In this document: piece by piece, positions 38,801-48,000 of the stretch
Layout: each line of letters starts with the position of its first letter
How positions within the stretch are numbered: the stretch's first letter is position 1
DNA from: an uncultured Caulobacter sp.
GTDB taxonomy: Bacteria; Pseudomonadota; Alphaproteobacteria; Caulobacterales; Caulobacteraceae
Length of the DNA stretch: 64,000 bases
Direction of reading: 5' to 3'
Assembly: GCA_964579695.1 (NCBI GenBank)
Contig: CAZOHI010000003.1
Span: 11,384-75,383 of the forward strand
The notes under the pieces: generated by a model
Told to the model about the DNA's origin: nothing
The model's database searches: none
The model's input: the letters and a program-made list of their open reading frames with translations, nothing else
Position numbers and translations under genes: made by a program

Positions 38801-39360
38801 GTGCCGATGCCCCGGATGGAAAAGTTATAGCCGCTGAAATTCGACTTCGAGAACGAAACGTTCGGGATCGCCTTCAGCAGGTCGAATCCGCCCTCCAGCT
38901 TCTGCGCGTCCAGGCTCTTCTGCGTGAAGGCCGAGATGGCGATCGGCACGTCCTGGATCGCCTCTTCCTTCTTCTGCGCCGTGACGATCAGCGCATCAAT
39001 GTCGCCGGCGCTTGCGTCCTGGGGGCTCGAGCCGCCCTCCCCCGCCTGGACGATCATGTACACATCGCCCACGAGCCGAAAGGTCAGGCCCGTTCCATCG
39101 AGCAGTTCCCTGAGCGCGCTCTGCTCGTCCAGCCCCGGGGATACGCCGCGAGTGGTTTTGGTCGCCGCGCTGCCCGGTGCGAACATCACCTGGCGGCCGG
39201 TCTTGGCGCCGAATTCATATAGCGCGGACGATAGAGGCTGAGGCGCAATACTTATCGGCGCGTTGTCTTCCGCCAGCGCGGCCCCTGCACAGAGCGCCAG
39301 CGCGCAGGCGGCCCCTCCCGACATCAGGCGCACACGCCAAGACTGCTTTGAAAGCCGCAT
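35812..39360 (-). CDS. TonB-dependent receptor with N-terminal STN signalling domain (TonB-dependent transducer)
   Basis: Signal peptide; STN-like [15 protein letters not shown]…[10 protein letters not shown]; plug motifs IVTAQK and [25 protein letters not shown]; C-terminal RKSF. Confidence 0.93.
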   Translation of the reverse strand: [1182 protein letters not shown]

Positions 39361-39431
39361 TGCCTTCCCCCTAATCTTTTCAGGGACCTGTCGTCCCGTG
39401 TTTGGAAAGAGGTCAGGCGATGGAATTACCC

Positions 39432-40505
39432 CTACCTCTGCCGATAAAAATCTTTCTCTGAGAGAGGAACCACCTGGACGTTGCCGTCGGCGTCCGGCCG
39501 CACATCCGCCACGCCGAACTCGACCAGTGCGCGCGAGAAGCTGTCGAGCCGGCCTGGACGGTAGATACCGCTCAGTCTTTTCTGGGACAGCCGATCATCG
39601 GTTATGACGATCTTGCGCGTGGAGTAGCGGTTCAGCTCGGCCACGATGTCACCCAGCTTTTCGTCGTCGAACACGATCTGGCCCTGCAGCCAACTTGTCT
39701 CCCTGACGACGTTCGCCCTGGACAGGCGCCAGTCCGCATCGTCGGGGGCGACCAGCTGGGAGCCGGCGGACATCTCTGTGGCCTGCAATGTCTCCGGCCT
39801 GGCTGGCGCAAGCGGCCCGGATCGCGCGCCAGGCGCTCCCTGAAGCGGGATGGGCGTCAAAGATTCCACCCGCACCTTGCCCTCGACCAGGACCACCTTC
39901 AGCTCGCCCTGGTCCACACGGACGTCGAAGGCCGTCCCAAGGGCCGTGACCGTGCGCCCTGCGGCCGAGACCACGAACGGATGGCGCCGATCCTTCGCGA
40001 CCCGGAAGAAGGCTTGCCCCCTATCCAGGTAGACCAGACGCCGGTCGGGGTCGGCCTGTGTGCGCAGGACGGTATCGGTGTTCAAGGTGACGACCGAACC
40101 GTCGGGCAAGGTCACGGTGGCCTGCTGCCCGACGGCGGTTCGATACGACTGGTCGTTCAAAGACTTGGGAATGCTGAGCCAGGAGAGTGTGGCTCCGGCC
40201 AGACCCACGGAAAGGGCCACCAGACCTCCCACCAGCACACGGCGGCGGCGGCGCGTCCCGTCGGCGGACCTCGCCATGGCCGTCCGCCTCATCTCCACCT
40301 GCGGCTCGTTTTCGATAGCCGCCGTCGCCGACCAGATGCGCTCCAGCGCCCTGTAGGCCTCCCGGTTCTCAGGCGCCCGCTGCAACCAGGCCTGATAGGC
40401 CTCCTCCTCGTTCAGCGGCAACGCCCCGGCGCTGCGCCGGACGAACCAGTCGACCGCCGCCAGATCGCGAGCGTTCTCCGTCCCGGATTTGGCGCGGCGC
40501 ATCAT
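39432..40505 (-). CDS. FecR-family anti-sigma factor
   Basis: N-terminal AVDWFVR…YQAWL; TM segment; YRTAVGQQATVTLPDGSVVTLNT, GTAFDV, SWLQGQIVF. Confidence 0.93.
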   Translation of the reverse strand: MMRRAKSGTENARDLAAVDWFVRRSAGALPLNEEEAYQAWLQRAPENREAYRALERIWSATAAIENEPQVEMRRTAMARSADGTRRRRRVLVGGLVALSVGLAGATLSWLSIPKSLNDQSYRTAVGQQATVTLPDGSVVTLNTDTVLRTQADPDRRLVYLDRGQAFFRVAKDRRHPFVVSAAGRTVTALGTAFDVRVDQGELKVVLVEGKVRVESLTPIPLQGAPGARSGPLAPARPETLQATEMSAGSQLVAPDDADWRLSRANVVRETSWLQGQIVFDDEKLGDIVAELNRYSTRKIVITDDRLSQKRLSGIYRPGRLDSFSRALVEFGVADVRPDADGNVQVVPLSEKDFYRQR

Positions 40506-41056
40506 ATTTTCGTCCCCAGGCTACCCAGGAGCAGCAGCCACGCCCGGCGAATGAATTTTTCCACGGCCTTGACCGACACCCCCATCCGCTTGGCGACGGC
40601 TTCCTGCGACATGTGCTCGAAGCGGTAGAAGTAGAAGGCCTGGGCGGTGCGCGGAGGCAGTTCGTCCAAGGCGGTCAGGACCAGGGCCAGCGCCTCCCTG
40701 CCGATCAATATGCGCTCGGGAGAGAGCTCATCGACGAGGCTATCGACCTGGTCGATGTCCTGCTGGTAGCCCCATCGCCAGCCCAGCTTGCGGCGGCGAC
40801 GCGCCAGAACATGCGCCGCCGTCCTGAATAGGTATCCCTCGACGTTCTCGATCGCCGAACCCGCGCCCCTGACCTGCAGGTCGAGAAAGGTGTCCTGCAC
40901 CAGATCGTCGGCGTCGGCGGCCTGGGCCCGCCGCAGGAAGTAACTCCTGAGAGCGGGGCCGAACTGGACCATCCATGCCTTCAGCTCATCGTCCCGGAGC
41001 TTGCGCACCGACGACGACGCGGAGTCGCCCAGAGGAGGTTTCGGCGAAGACGCCAT
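40502..41056 (-). CDS. ECF sigma-70 factor (FecI-like)
   Basis: ADDLVQDTF, YLFRTA, LPPRTAQAF, MSQEAVAKRMGVSVKAVEKFI; ATGA overlap with fecR. Confidence 0.92.
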   Translation of the reverse strand: MASSPKPPLGDSASSSVRKLRDDELKAWMVQFGPALRSYFLRRAQAADADDLVQDTFLDLQVRGAGSAIENVEGYLFRTAAHVLARRRRKLGWRWGYQQDIDQVDSLVDELSPERILIGREALALVLTALDELPPRTAQAFYFYRFEHMSQEAVAKRMGVSVKAVEKFIRRAWLLLLGSLGTKI

Positions 41057-41299
41057 GCTCTCCCACCCGCCCCGGCGCAGACGCACGCCTTCGTTCTGAA
41101 GAGGTCATTGAGCTGCGCTACCCCTACCTCAGTTGGGAGCTTTTTTCACTGCGTAACGGACGGGGCGCTGACCAGGACGTCCATCCGGACGACCACGGCG
41201 ACATGGCCTCAAGGCCCAGCCGCAGGCGGTCAGGTAAGGGAAGGAGCTCAGAGCGGCCCGCCATCCAAGGGTGGATGGCGGGCAAACTCCTGCGCACTC

Positions 41300-42931
41300 T
41301 CAGCCCGCGCGGAGGTCGGCTTGCCTGTTAGCAGCAGCAGCAGCAGCAGCCCCCGCCGAAAACAACGGCAGCTCGGAGTTGACCTCCTCGACGATCTCCG
41401 CAGCCTCCTCCACCGCAGGCACCACCGGTCCCGCCCAGTAACAGGACGGCACGCCGGCGCGGCGATCCGGGTCGTAAATCGTTTCCCGCCGGAGCACGCC
41501 TTCGTTGAGAAGACGCTTGGTGATCGTTCTCACCCGCTTGGACCAGTCGCCGTCCGGTTCGAGCTCCAGCGCGAACGCCAGCGGCCTGCCGATCCAGTCG
41601 TCGCGATGCCGGGCCTGAGGAGCTGCGCGCCAGCCGGCCGGGCCCATGGCATGGCAAAGGCGGGCCAATTGCCGGTCGGTCAGGAAACCCGCCACCCGCT
41701 CGGGAGGACTGGCCAGGATCCGGTCCAGCACATTCTCCCAAACCCCGATTCCCTCCCTCATCTCCGGAAGGTAGTCGTACATGTCGTAGTGCCTGGACGA
41801 GACATCGGACATCGCGTGGTTTTGGATGCGGTCCCGGGTTTCCTTTCGGACGCCGGCCGCTCCCGTGAGCGTCTTCCAGGTGCGCCTGAGATCTCGCACC
41901 TGGAACCTCTCCACCCCGGATTCCGCGATGTAGTTGCGAACGATCCGCGCGAGCGCGCTGGGCGCCATCGGGCGCGGGCGTTCCCGGCACGCGGCGAACA
42001 ACAGGCCGTCTGCGCTGGGCTCGAGCTCCTCAAGGAGCACCCTTACCTGCCGCGCCATCGGCACGGCGTGGGCCTTGCGGTTCTTCGTGGTGGACCAGCG
42101 GATGAGCCCGTTCTCGAGGTCGATGTGGTCGGTGGACAGCTGGAGGACCTCCATCGGACGCAGCCCCGTGGCCAGGGTCACCATGAGGGCCACATAGCCC
42201 AGATCCGGCCCCCTTTGCTGGTCGAGCCAGCTCCAGAAGGCGCTGACCTCCCCTTCCCTCAGAGCCCTCTCACGCGGGCGGGTCACATTGGGATTGTTCG
42301 GGATGCTGCTCACCGGATTGAACGCGATACCCCAGTCCTCGCCTGCCCCCTCGCCGAAGTAGCAACTTCCGGCCTTGATCGCGTAGTTGAAGGCGGCGTG
42401 CAGGATGTTCCTGGCGCGGTTTGCGGAAGGCGCCCTCCCGCGCCCATGGATGCCGCTGAGCACGGGGAGGATGTGCTCCTTGCGAACGGCCCCGGCCGCC
42501 AGGTTGGGACCGATCTTTTGCACGATGCCGCTGGGGCCAAGGAGCACCAGGCGGGCGATCTCGGCCGAGGGCCGCTCGCCCAGGTGCCGGATGTAGAGCT
42601 CCGCCAGGGCCTGGAGGGTCTTGCCTTCCTGCGACGCCTTGAGCGCTGTCCAGAGCGGATCTTCGCCTCGCCGGATCTTCGGCTGCAGCTCCTCTCTGAA
42701 GCGTTTGCGCGCGGCCGCGAGGGTGAGCGCGGGGTAGTCTCCCAGATGGCCGAGGTGGCGTTTGCCATCCCGGTGCCAGAGGACGGACCATTTGCTCACG
42801 ACCCTTTGCGGACGGCGCTCGAGGTCGAGGACGAGTCGTCCTCCGCCACGCTCGGACGGATCTGTCAGCCTCTTGCTGGCGCCTTCGGGGAGTTTGGCCA
42901 TCTCGGCCTTGATCGTTTTGTCCGTAAGCAT
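41300..42931 (-). CDS. Tyrosine integrase (Arm-DNA-bind_3 type) with a C-terminal extension
   Basis: N-terminus MLTDKTIK…YPALTLAAARKR; TGLRPMEV, DLRRT, IQNH…SSRHYDMYDY; about 140 extra aa after the catalytic Tyr region. Confidence 0.88.
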   Translation of the reverse strand: MLTDKTIKAEMAKLPEGASKRLTDPSERGGGRLVLDLERRPQRVVSKWSVLWHRDGKRHLGHLGDYPALTLAAARKRFREELQPKIRRGEDPLWTALKASQEGKTLQALAELYIRHLGERPSAEIARLVLLGPSGIVQKIGPNLAAGAVRKEHILPVLSGIHGRGRAPSANRARNILHAAFNYAIKAGSCYFGEGAGEDWGIAFNPVSSIPNNPNVTRPRERALREGEVSAFWSWLDQQRGPDLGYVALMVTLATGLRPMEVLQLSTDHIDLENGLIRWSTTKNRKAHAVPMARQVRVLLEELEPSADGLLFAACRERPRPMAPSALARIVRNYIAESGVERFQVRDLRRTWKTLTGAAGVRKETRDRIQNHAMSDVSSRHYDMYDYLPEMREGIGVWENVLDRILASPPERVAGFLTDRQLARLCHAMGPAGWRAAPQARHRDDWIGRPLAFALELEPDGDWSKRVRTITKRLLNEGVLRRETIYDPDRRAGVPSCYWAGPVVPAVEEAAEIVEEVNSELPLFSAGAAAAAAANRQADLRAG

Positions 42932-43214
42932 CGCTTTTCCTTCTTCAGTTTTGACCGTTCAGGTGACGGTTGGACCGCCGGCTAGGCTCGCGGCGGGTTT
43001 ATCGAGGGGGATTGGCTCGAAGCGTTCAGTCGAGCGGCGAGCCGGGGTCTTGGTAGGCCCAGGCGGCTGCGGACCGCTCTGGACGACGGCGGACCACGCG
43101 CTGAGTGGAGTCCCTCCGTTATTGGAAGAACGGTGAACCCAACATGCGACTCTGATGGTCCAAGTGGAGCCCGGCCTATCCGGCTCAAGCGCACCCTGCG
43201 GAGGACGAAACCCA

Positions 43215-43424
43215 TCATCGTCCCAGGCTGCGAGCCGCAGCGCGCTGCTCGATCCATTCGTCCACCTCGGCTGCTATGAAGCCGATGGCTCGGGCGGACA
43301 GCTTGAGGGGCCGGGGAAAGTCGCCGGCGTCGATAGCGGCGTAGATGGTGCTGCGAGCCAGGCCGGTTCGGGCAAGGACGGCGGGTAGGCGTTCGATACG
43401 CGTTTCAGATGTAGGCGTGCCCAT
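43215..43424 (-). CDS. alpA: AlpA-family regulator / excisionase
   Basis: RLPAVLARTGLARSTIY..I..GDFPRPLKLSARAIGF…EVDEWI. Confidence 0.9.
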   Translation of the reverse strand: MGTPTSETRIERLPAVLARTGLARSTIYAAIDAGDFPRPLKLSARAIGFIAAEVDEWIEQRAAARSLGR

Positions 43425-43607
43425 CGGGACCTCCGTGAATGAAGATCCAAGGCTTTCGTCACGACGTGCTGGCGGGGAGTCCTCTTTCGGCTCCGCTTCC
43501 GAATGAAAGAGGCAAACTCCGGCCGCCTTACGATTGGCGAGATTTACAATTGTTTGTTAGGGCAACTGATAGGGTAAGTGGCAGGGTCAACGATGGGGTG
43601 ATTTGCC

Positions 43608-44078
43608 ATGGAAAAAGTGGGAAGAAATCGTCGGAGGTCGAACCGACTCACCTCCAACTCGATTCGGGAAATCATCGCGGCCGGCCGAAAGGGGCGGCAT
43701 TCGGACGGCGGCAATCTCTATCTCGCCGTTAGCCCCAACGGCTCCGCGCGGTGGGTCTTTCTCTACCGGTGGCGAGATGCGCCAGAGCAGCCGGGACCTG
43801 GCGCACCCAGAGAGATGGGCCTCGGCTCGTACGATACCGTGACCTTGAACGAGGCTCGCCGAGAGGCCGCCGCGCTGCGAAAGGGCTTACGCGAAGGCAT
43901 CTCTCCCCTGCCCCCGCGCGCTCCACGAAAGCCCCCCTCTTCCGTCGGAGCCCAGACAGACCAGAATGCACCCCCAGAACCGAGCCCCCCGCCCATCGCG
44001 TTAGCACGCTCAAAAAAAGCGCGGCGCCCCAGGCCGCAGCCCGCGGAGGATAGCGGGCAACTCACCCTTTTCGGATAG
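43608..44078 (+). CDS. Stand-alone Arm-DNA-binding (integrase N-terminal) domain protein, or truncated integrase
   Basis: GRHSDGGNLYLAV..NGSARWVFLYR…REMGLGSY..VTLNEAR; ends in a Pro-rich tail with no core-binding or catalytic domain. Confidence 0.75.
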   Translation: MEKVGRNRRRSNRLTSNSIREIIAAGRKGRHSDGGNLYLAVSPNGSARWVFLYRWRDAPEQPGPGAPREMGLGSYDTVTLNEARREAAALRKGLREGISPLPPRAPRKPPSSVGAQTDQNAPPEPSPPPIALARSKKARRPRPQPAEDSGQLTLFG

Positions 44079-44605
44079 GCCGTCAGCTGGGGGCCGGCGC
44101 CTAGCCCTTGCCTCCGAGCACCTAGGCGTGGGCGTCGTACTGCTCCAATAACGCGGCACCCGCCGAGCCGACGGATCAAGCGCTGGCGCCTCTGCCCTGC
44201 CCGTGGGTTGTCATCCAGCTCGGATCTGAGCGCGGGGTGATGGTTAAGCCGTGCGGTGCGGTGCGGCGCAGCCAGCCCGCCACGGTGACGAAGGCCGGGA
44301 AAACTCCAGCCTCAGGCGGTCCAGCCATGGGGAGCGGATCATGATGAAACGGACTCTCACTCAAATCGCGGGATCAGGAAGGGGGCAGGTCAGGGGATAA
44401 GCCGGGTTCGGCGCGGCCCGGTGCGGGCGGCGCCGTCCGGGACGAAGTCCATCTAGCCGCACCTGCAAGGCGGGGCGGCGTGGATCAGTCGGTCGTCAGG
44501 AGGGACGCGATGGGTCGGTTTGGGGCGTGAAGGGGCGGGAGGATTTGTCTCGCTAAGAACGCAGAGATATGAGGCGCAGCCATTTCTGAAAGCAAATTTT
44601 GGAAT

Positions 44606-45043
44606 CTACGCCTGAGGGAGCACCACAAGGGCATCGAGAAATTCCTTGAGCGACGAAGCAAGGGGGATAATTAAGCGTTCAGGGTCATTATAGTATTCCG
44701 TTTGGAGAAATTGCACTTCTCCAAAAGTATCGGACGAAACGCTGTAAACAAAATAATCGCCATTCGGATCATCGGCGAATGGTATCAAGTCAGGTGAAAG
44801 TATTCCATCTTCCAGGAGCGTTGCATAAGACGCTTCCAGGCCATCTTTCGGACCGACGATCGGAAGAATGTACTGGACCGTATAGAACTCACCATCCTTC
44901 TCAAAGGAGTCAGGCTGGATCGCTCCCCCATTGGCATCAAGATAAAATTTCCGCAAATCTTGCGGAATGGTTAATCCGAGGCGCTGCTCAAGCTGAGCAA
45001 TATCGTGCTCCGTCAATCTGGCCTTCGACCTTCTAATATCCAT
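44606..45043 (-). CDS. SMI1/KNR4-family immunity protein
   Basis: LTEHDIAQLEQRLGLTIPQDLRKFYLDANGG, LIPFADDPNGDYF; 9 nt downstream of the toxin gene; AT-richer DNA. Confidence 0.9.
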   Translation of the reverse strand: MDIRRSKARLTEHDIAQLEQRLGLTIPQDLRKFYLDANGGAIQPDSFEKDGEFYTVQYILPIVGPKDGLEASYATLLEDGILSPDLIPFADDPNGDYFVYSVSSDTFGEVQFLQTEYYNDPERLIIPLASSLKEFLDALVVLPQA

Positions 45044-45052
45044 AGCACTACC

Positions 45053-48000
45053 TCACCTCCTATAACGTGTCCGAGTGAACGCCTCCCACTGAGACACTGC
45101 ACCCGAATGGCCCGACGCCGCTTCGTGCGCACGACGCTGGACAAGCTCCATGGTTGCCGTCCCAGTGCGAGGGTCAAAGTCATCAACATGGTGCCAGCGG
45201 AAATTGTCGCTGATCTCAGGCGTCACCTCAATACCCGCCGCACGGAATGCCGCCGCGTTGTCAGAACGACGGCTGCCCGTTAAGGAGATTTGAACAACGC
45301 TGCTTTGTCCAAGGCCAGCGGCATAGAGATATGGCGTACCAGCAAAGGTGGGGCCTCCATTTGGAGTCGTCCCTACTCCGGGGAAGCCTCTGTCCGCAGC
45401 TCGCTCGGCGGCGCCCAAGCGGCGGAAGCCAATATTACCCCCATTACCTCCCAATCCGTTGATCTGGAGACGGAAGCCGGTGAAAATCTCCAGCCCTCGG
45501 ATCACACTGCCCCCAAGGGCGGCTCCCACCACAAGGGATCCGACGGCGAGGACGCCCGTAGCGCCCCGCCCGGAATCCGCATCTGTGTGGCCCGTGCTGC
45601 TGAACCGATCCTGAGCTGCTTCGGTCAGGCGCCCTATGGCTGGCTCAGTGATAGGCTCAAGCACCTTGCCGATCGCGTACTGCGCCGGCCCGGACGCTAC
45701 GCTGACCGCCTCCAGGCTCCAACGCAGGAGCGGCCGCTCACCAATCTTTTCGGCGACCCAGGTAGCGGTATCGCCCGCGCCCATCATAAACGCGTCGACT
45801 TCGTTCGACAGAAGCGCCGGTTCGACGCCGGTTGAAGCCCGGGAGTTCCTGATGTTCTGATCGAGTACATCGACTGCGGCGTAGGCATCGTCAAACGACA
45901 GTCCGCCTATCTGTTGGAACGCATTTTGAGACGTATAGAGGGCGTACTTGATAGTTCCAGGCTTAGGAGCCGTAACGATAATCCCACCATCCTCCCCCAC
46001 CTCGTCGGGCGGGGAAGGAATGAAGGTTTCGTACCTTTCCACGTCCAAGTATTTACCAAGGGTTTGCTGAGCCTCCTCACTCTTGAGAACGCGCTGCAAC
46101 GCCATCCCTCGCTCGCCATTGTTGGCGTCGAACCGCTTTAGGATGTCGGCCATATCCGCAAGGTCTTCCCGGCTTCGATTTTCATAGGCTGGAAGCTTGG
46201 CGAGCGCATCTATGGTTTGGTTGCGTTGTCTCCGTTCCGATAGGCCCGACACCCCCCTGGCGATGGCGTTCCCGACCGTCGCCGCGATGACGTCCGGCAG
46301 GACGGCCATCATGTTGTCGCCGAAGTCCGAGCCCTCGATCAGGCTGCGCGAGGCCGCTCCTGCCACCCCGCCCGCCAGGTTCGAAATGCCGTCGATGACC
46401 AGCGACTCCAACTGGCTGGGATTGGAGCCGAACATGCCCCCTATCGCACCGCCCACCGCTGATCCGACGCCGCTGACCACCCCGGCCACCGCCACGCTCG
46501 TCCAGTCGAACCGGTCCTGCATCCCAGTAGCCACGCCGATGCCCTGGGTGATGGCGTTGCCGGCCATGCCCCGCATCGCCGCCATGCCCCAGCTGCCCCC
46601 GGCCAGCGGGCCGACGTTGGCCAGCCCCGCCGTGACCCCCGAGCCGATCGCGCCAAGCGCCACCGCGTTCCAGCTGAACTTGTCCTGGATGCCCATCGCC
46701 ATGGCCGCGCCCTGGCTGACGATGCTCCCCACCGCGCCCGCGATCGCCCCGCCCACAAAGGAGCTTACCGCGATCGTTCCCACCGACGCCGCCGTTGCAC
46801 CCGCCGCGACCGTCGCGCCGCCCACGCCGGCGAAGGTCACTCCGGAGAAGCCCAAGGCGCCCGCGCTCACCGAGGCCGTGCCCGCCCCGCCGATCAGGTT
46901 GGCCACGCCCGCGATGGCGTGGGGCGCCACCAGCGCCACCACCACGATGGCGATGATCGCCACGAAGATCTGGGCCACGCCGCAGCCGGCTTCCGCCTTC
47001 GGAGGGGGCGGCATTTTAGGCCTGACGGGGCTGGTGTTGCCGATGGCCCGGTTGGGGTCGTAGGGCCTGAAGGTGTCGGCGTTGTTGTGGATCGGCTCCA
47101 CGTTCGACGGGATCGTCAGCGTCTGGCCCGCCGCCAGCTCGCTGTCGCTCGTCATGCCGTTGGCCTCGGCCAGCGCCCACCACAGCGCCGCGTCCCCCCA
47201 CAGCTGGCTCGCGATCGACTGGAAGGTGTCGCCCTCGCGCACCACGTACCGGCCGCCCGTCTCGGCCTTGGTCGTCGGGCTGTCGTATATCCCGCTGTAC
47301 GCCTGGTCGAAGTCCGCCGTCATGATGGCCGCGCCGCTATAGCGCAGGTCCGCAACCTTCTGGCCATTGAAGTAGAGATAGACGTCCTTGATGGCGTTAT
47401 TCGTCTGCGTCCGACTCAGAACCTGCCCCTGCACGTCAGTCACGTAGTTGATCGTGAAGGGCGACGCGTCGTTGACGTACACCGACGACAGGTGGCCGCT
47501 GGTGTCGTAGCTCATGTTCGACGTGCTTAGAGGGTTCGAGCTGCTCCCCGCATCCGGGTCCAGCGTCTCGATGTCCTTCAATCCCCCGTCCCACCACTCG
47601 TAGGTGTACCAGGTGTCCGAAGTAGGCGCGTTGTACTTCAGCGTACCGTTCGACTGCTCGTAGCGCTTCGTCGTGCGCACGTGCGTAGCAAGCCCGCCCA
47701 GGTTCTGGCCGTTGTAGACCCCCGGGCTCGTCTGCATATTGTAATCGTAGTACTGCTGCGTGACGATGTACTCATTCCCCGTGTTGTATGTACGAGAGTA
47801 CGAGTACGTAACTTCCCCCTTGTTGTTGTACGTATACGAGTAATTGTTGTTGTTACCCATCGGGTTCGCGACCGTCAGAACGCGGCCCAGCGCATCGCGC
47901 GTGTACAAGAGCTTGGTAGAGAGCGTCGTCGGTGGGGGGTCGGTTGAGAAGAAGGTGGCGGAGTTCACCTGCATGACATAGCCGTCGGCGCTGTAGATGT

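Larger units (their letters stand above)
5572..44078. mobile_element. Genomic island(s) integrated at tRNA-Thr; right boundary uncertain
   Basis: P4-type integrase directly after the tRNA 3' end; accessory and defence cargo; second integrase plus AlpA at 41.3-44.1 kb. I found no duplicated tRNA 3' end, so the end coordinate is a guess. Confidence 0.55.

Noticed and set aside
43117-44153. 10-bp perfect inverted repeat (CGTTATTGGA at 43117 / TCCAATAACG at 44144) flanking alpA and the arm-domain gene, suggesting an invertible segment
   Set aside because: A 10-bp match is expected by chance among the pairs in a ~1 kb region, and it does not extend.
44079-44605. attR or a tRNA fragment, or a real gene, between the arm-domain gene and the immunity gene
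   Set aside because: GGGTTCG at ~44404 is the only tRNA-like piece and does not match the tRNA-Thr 3' end; the 62-aa ORF has no recognisable motif.
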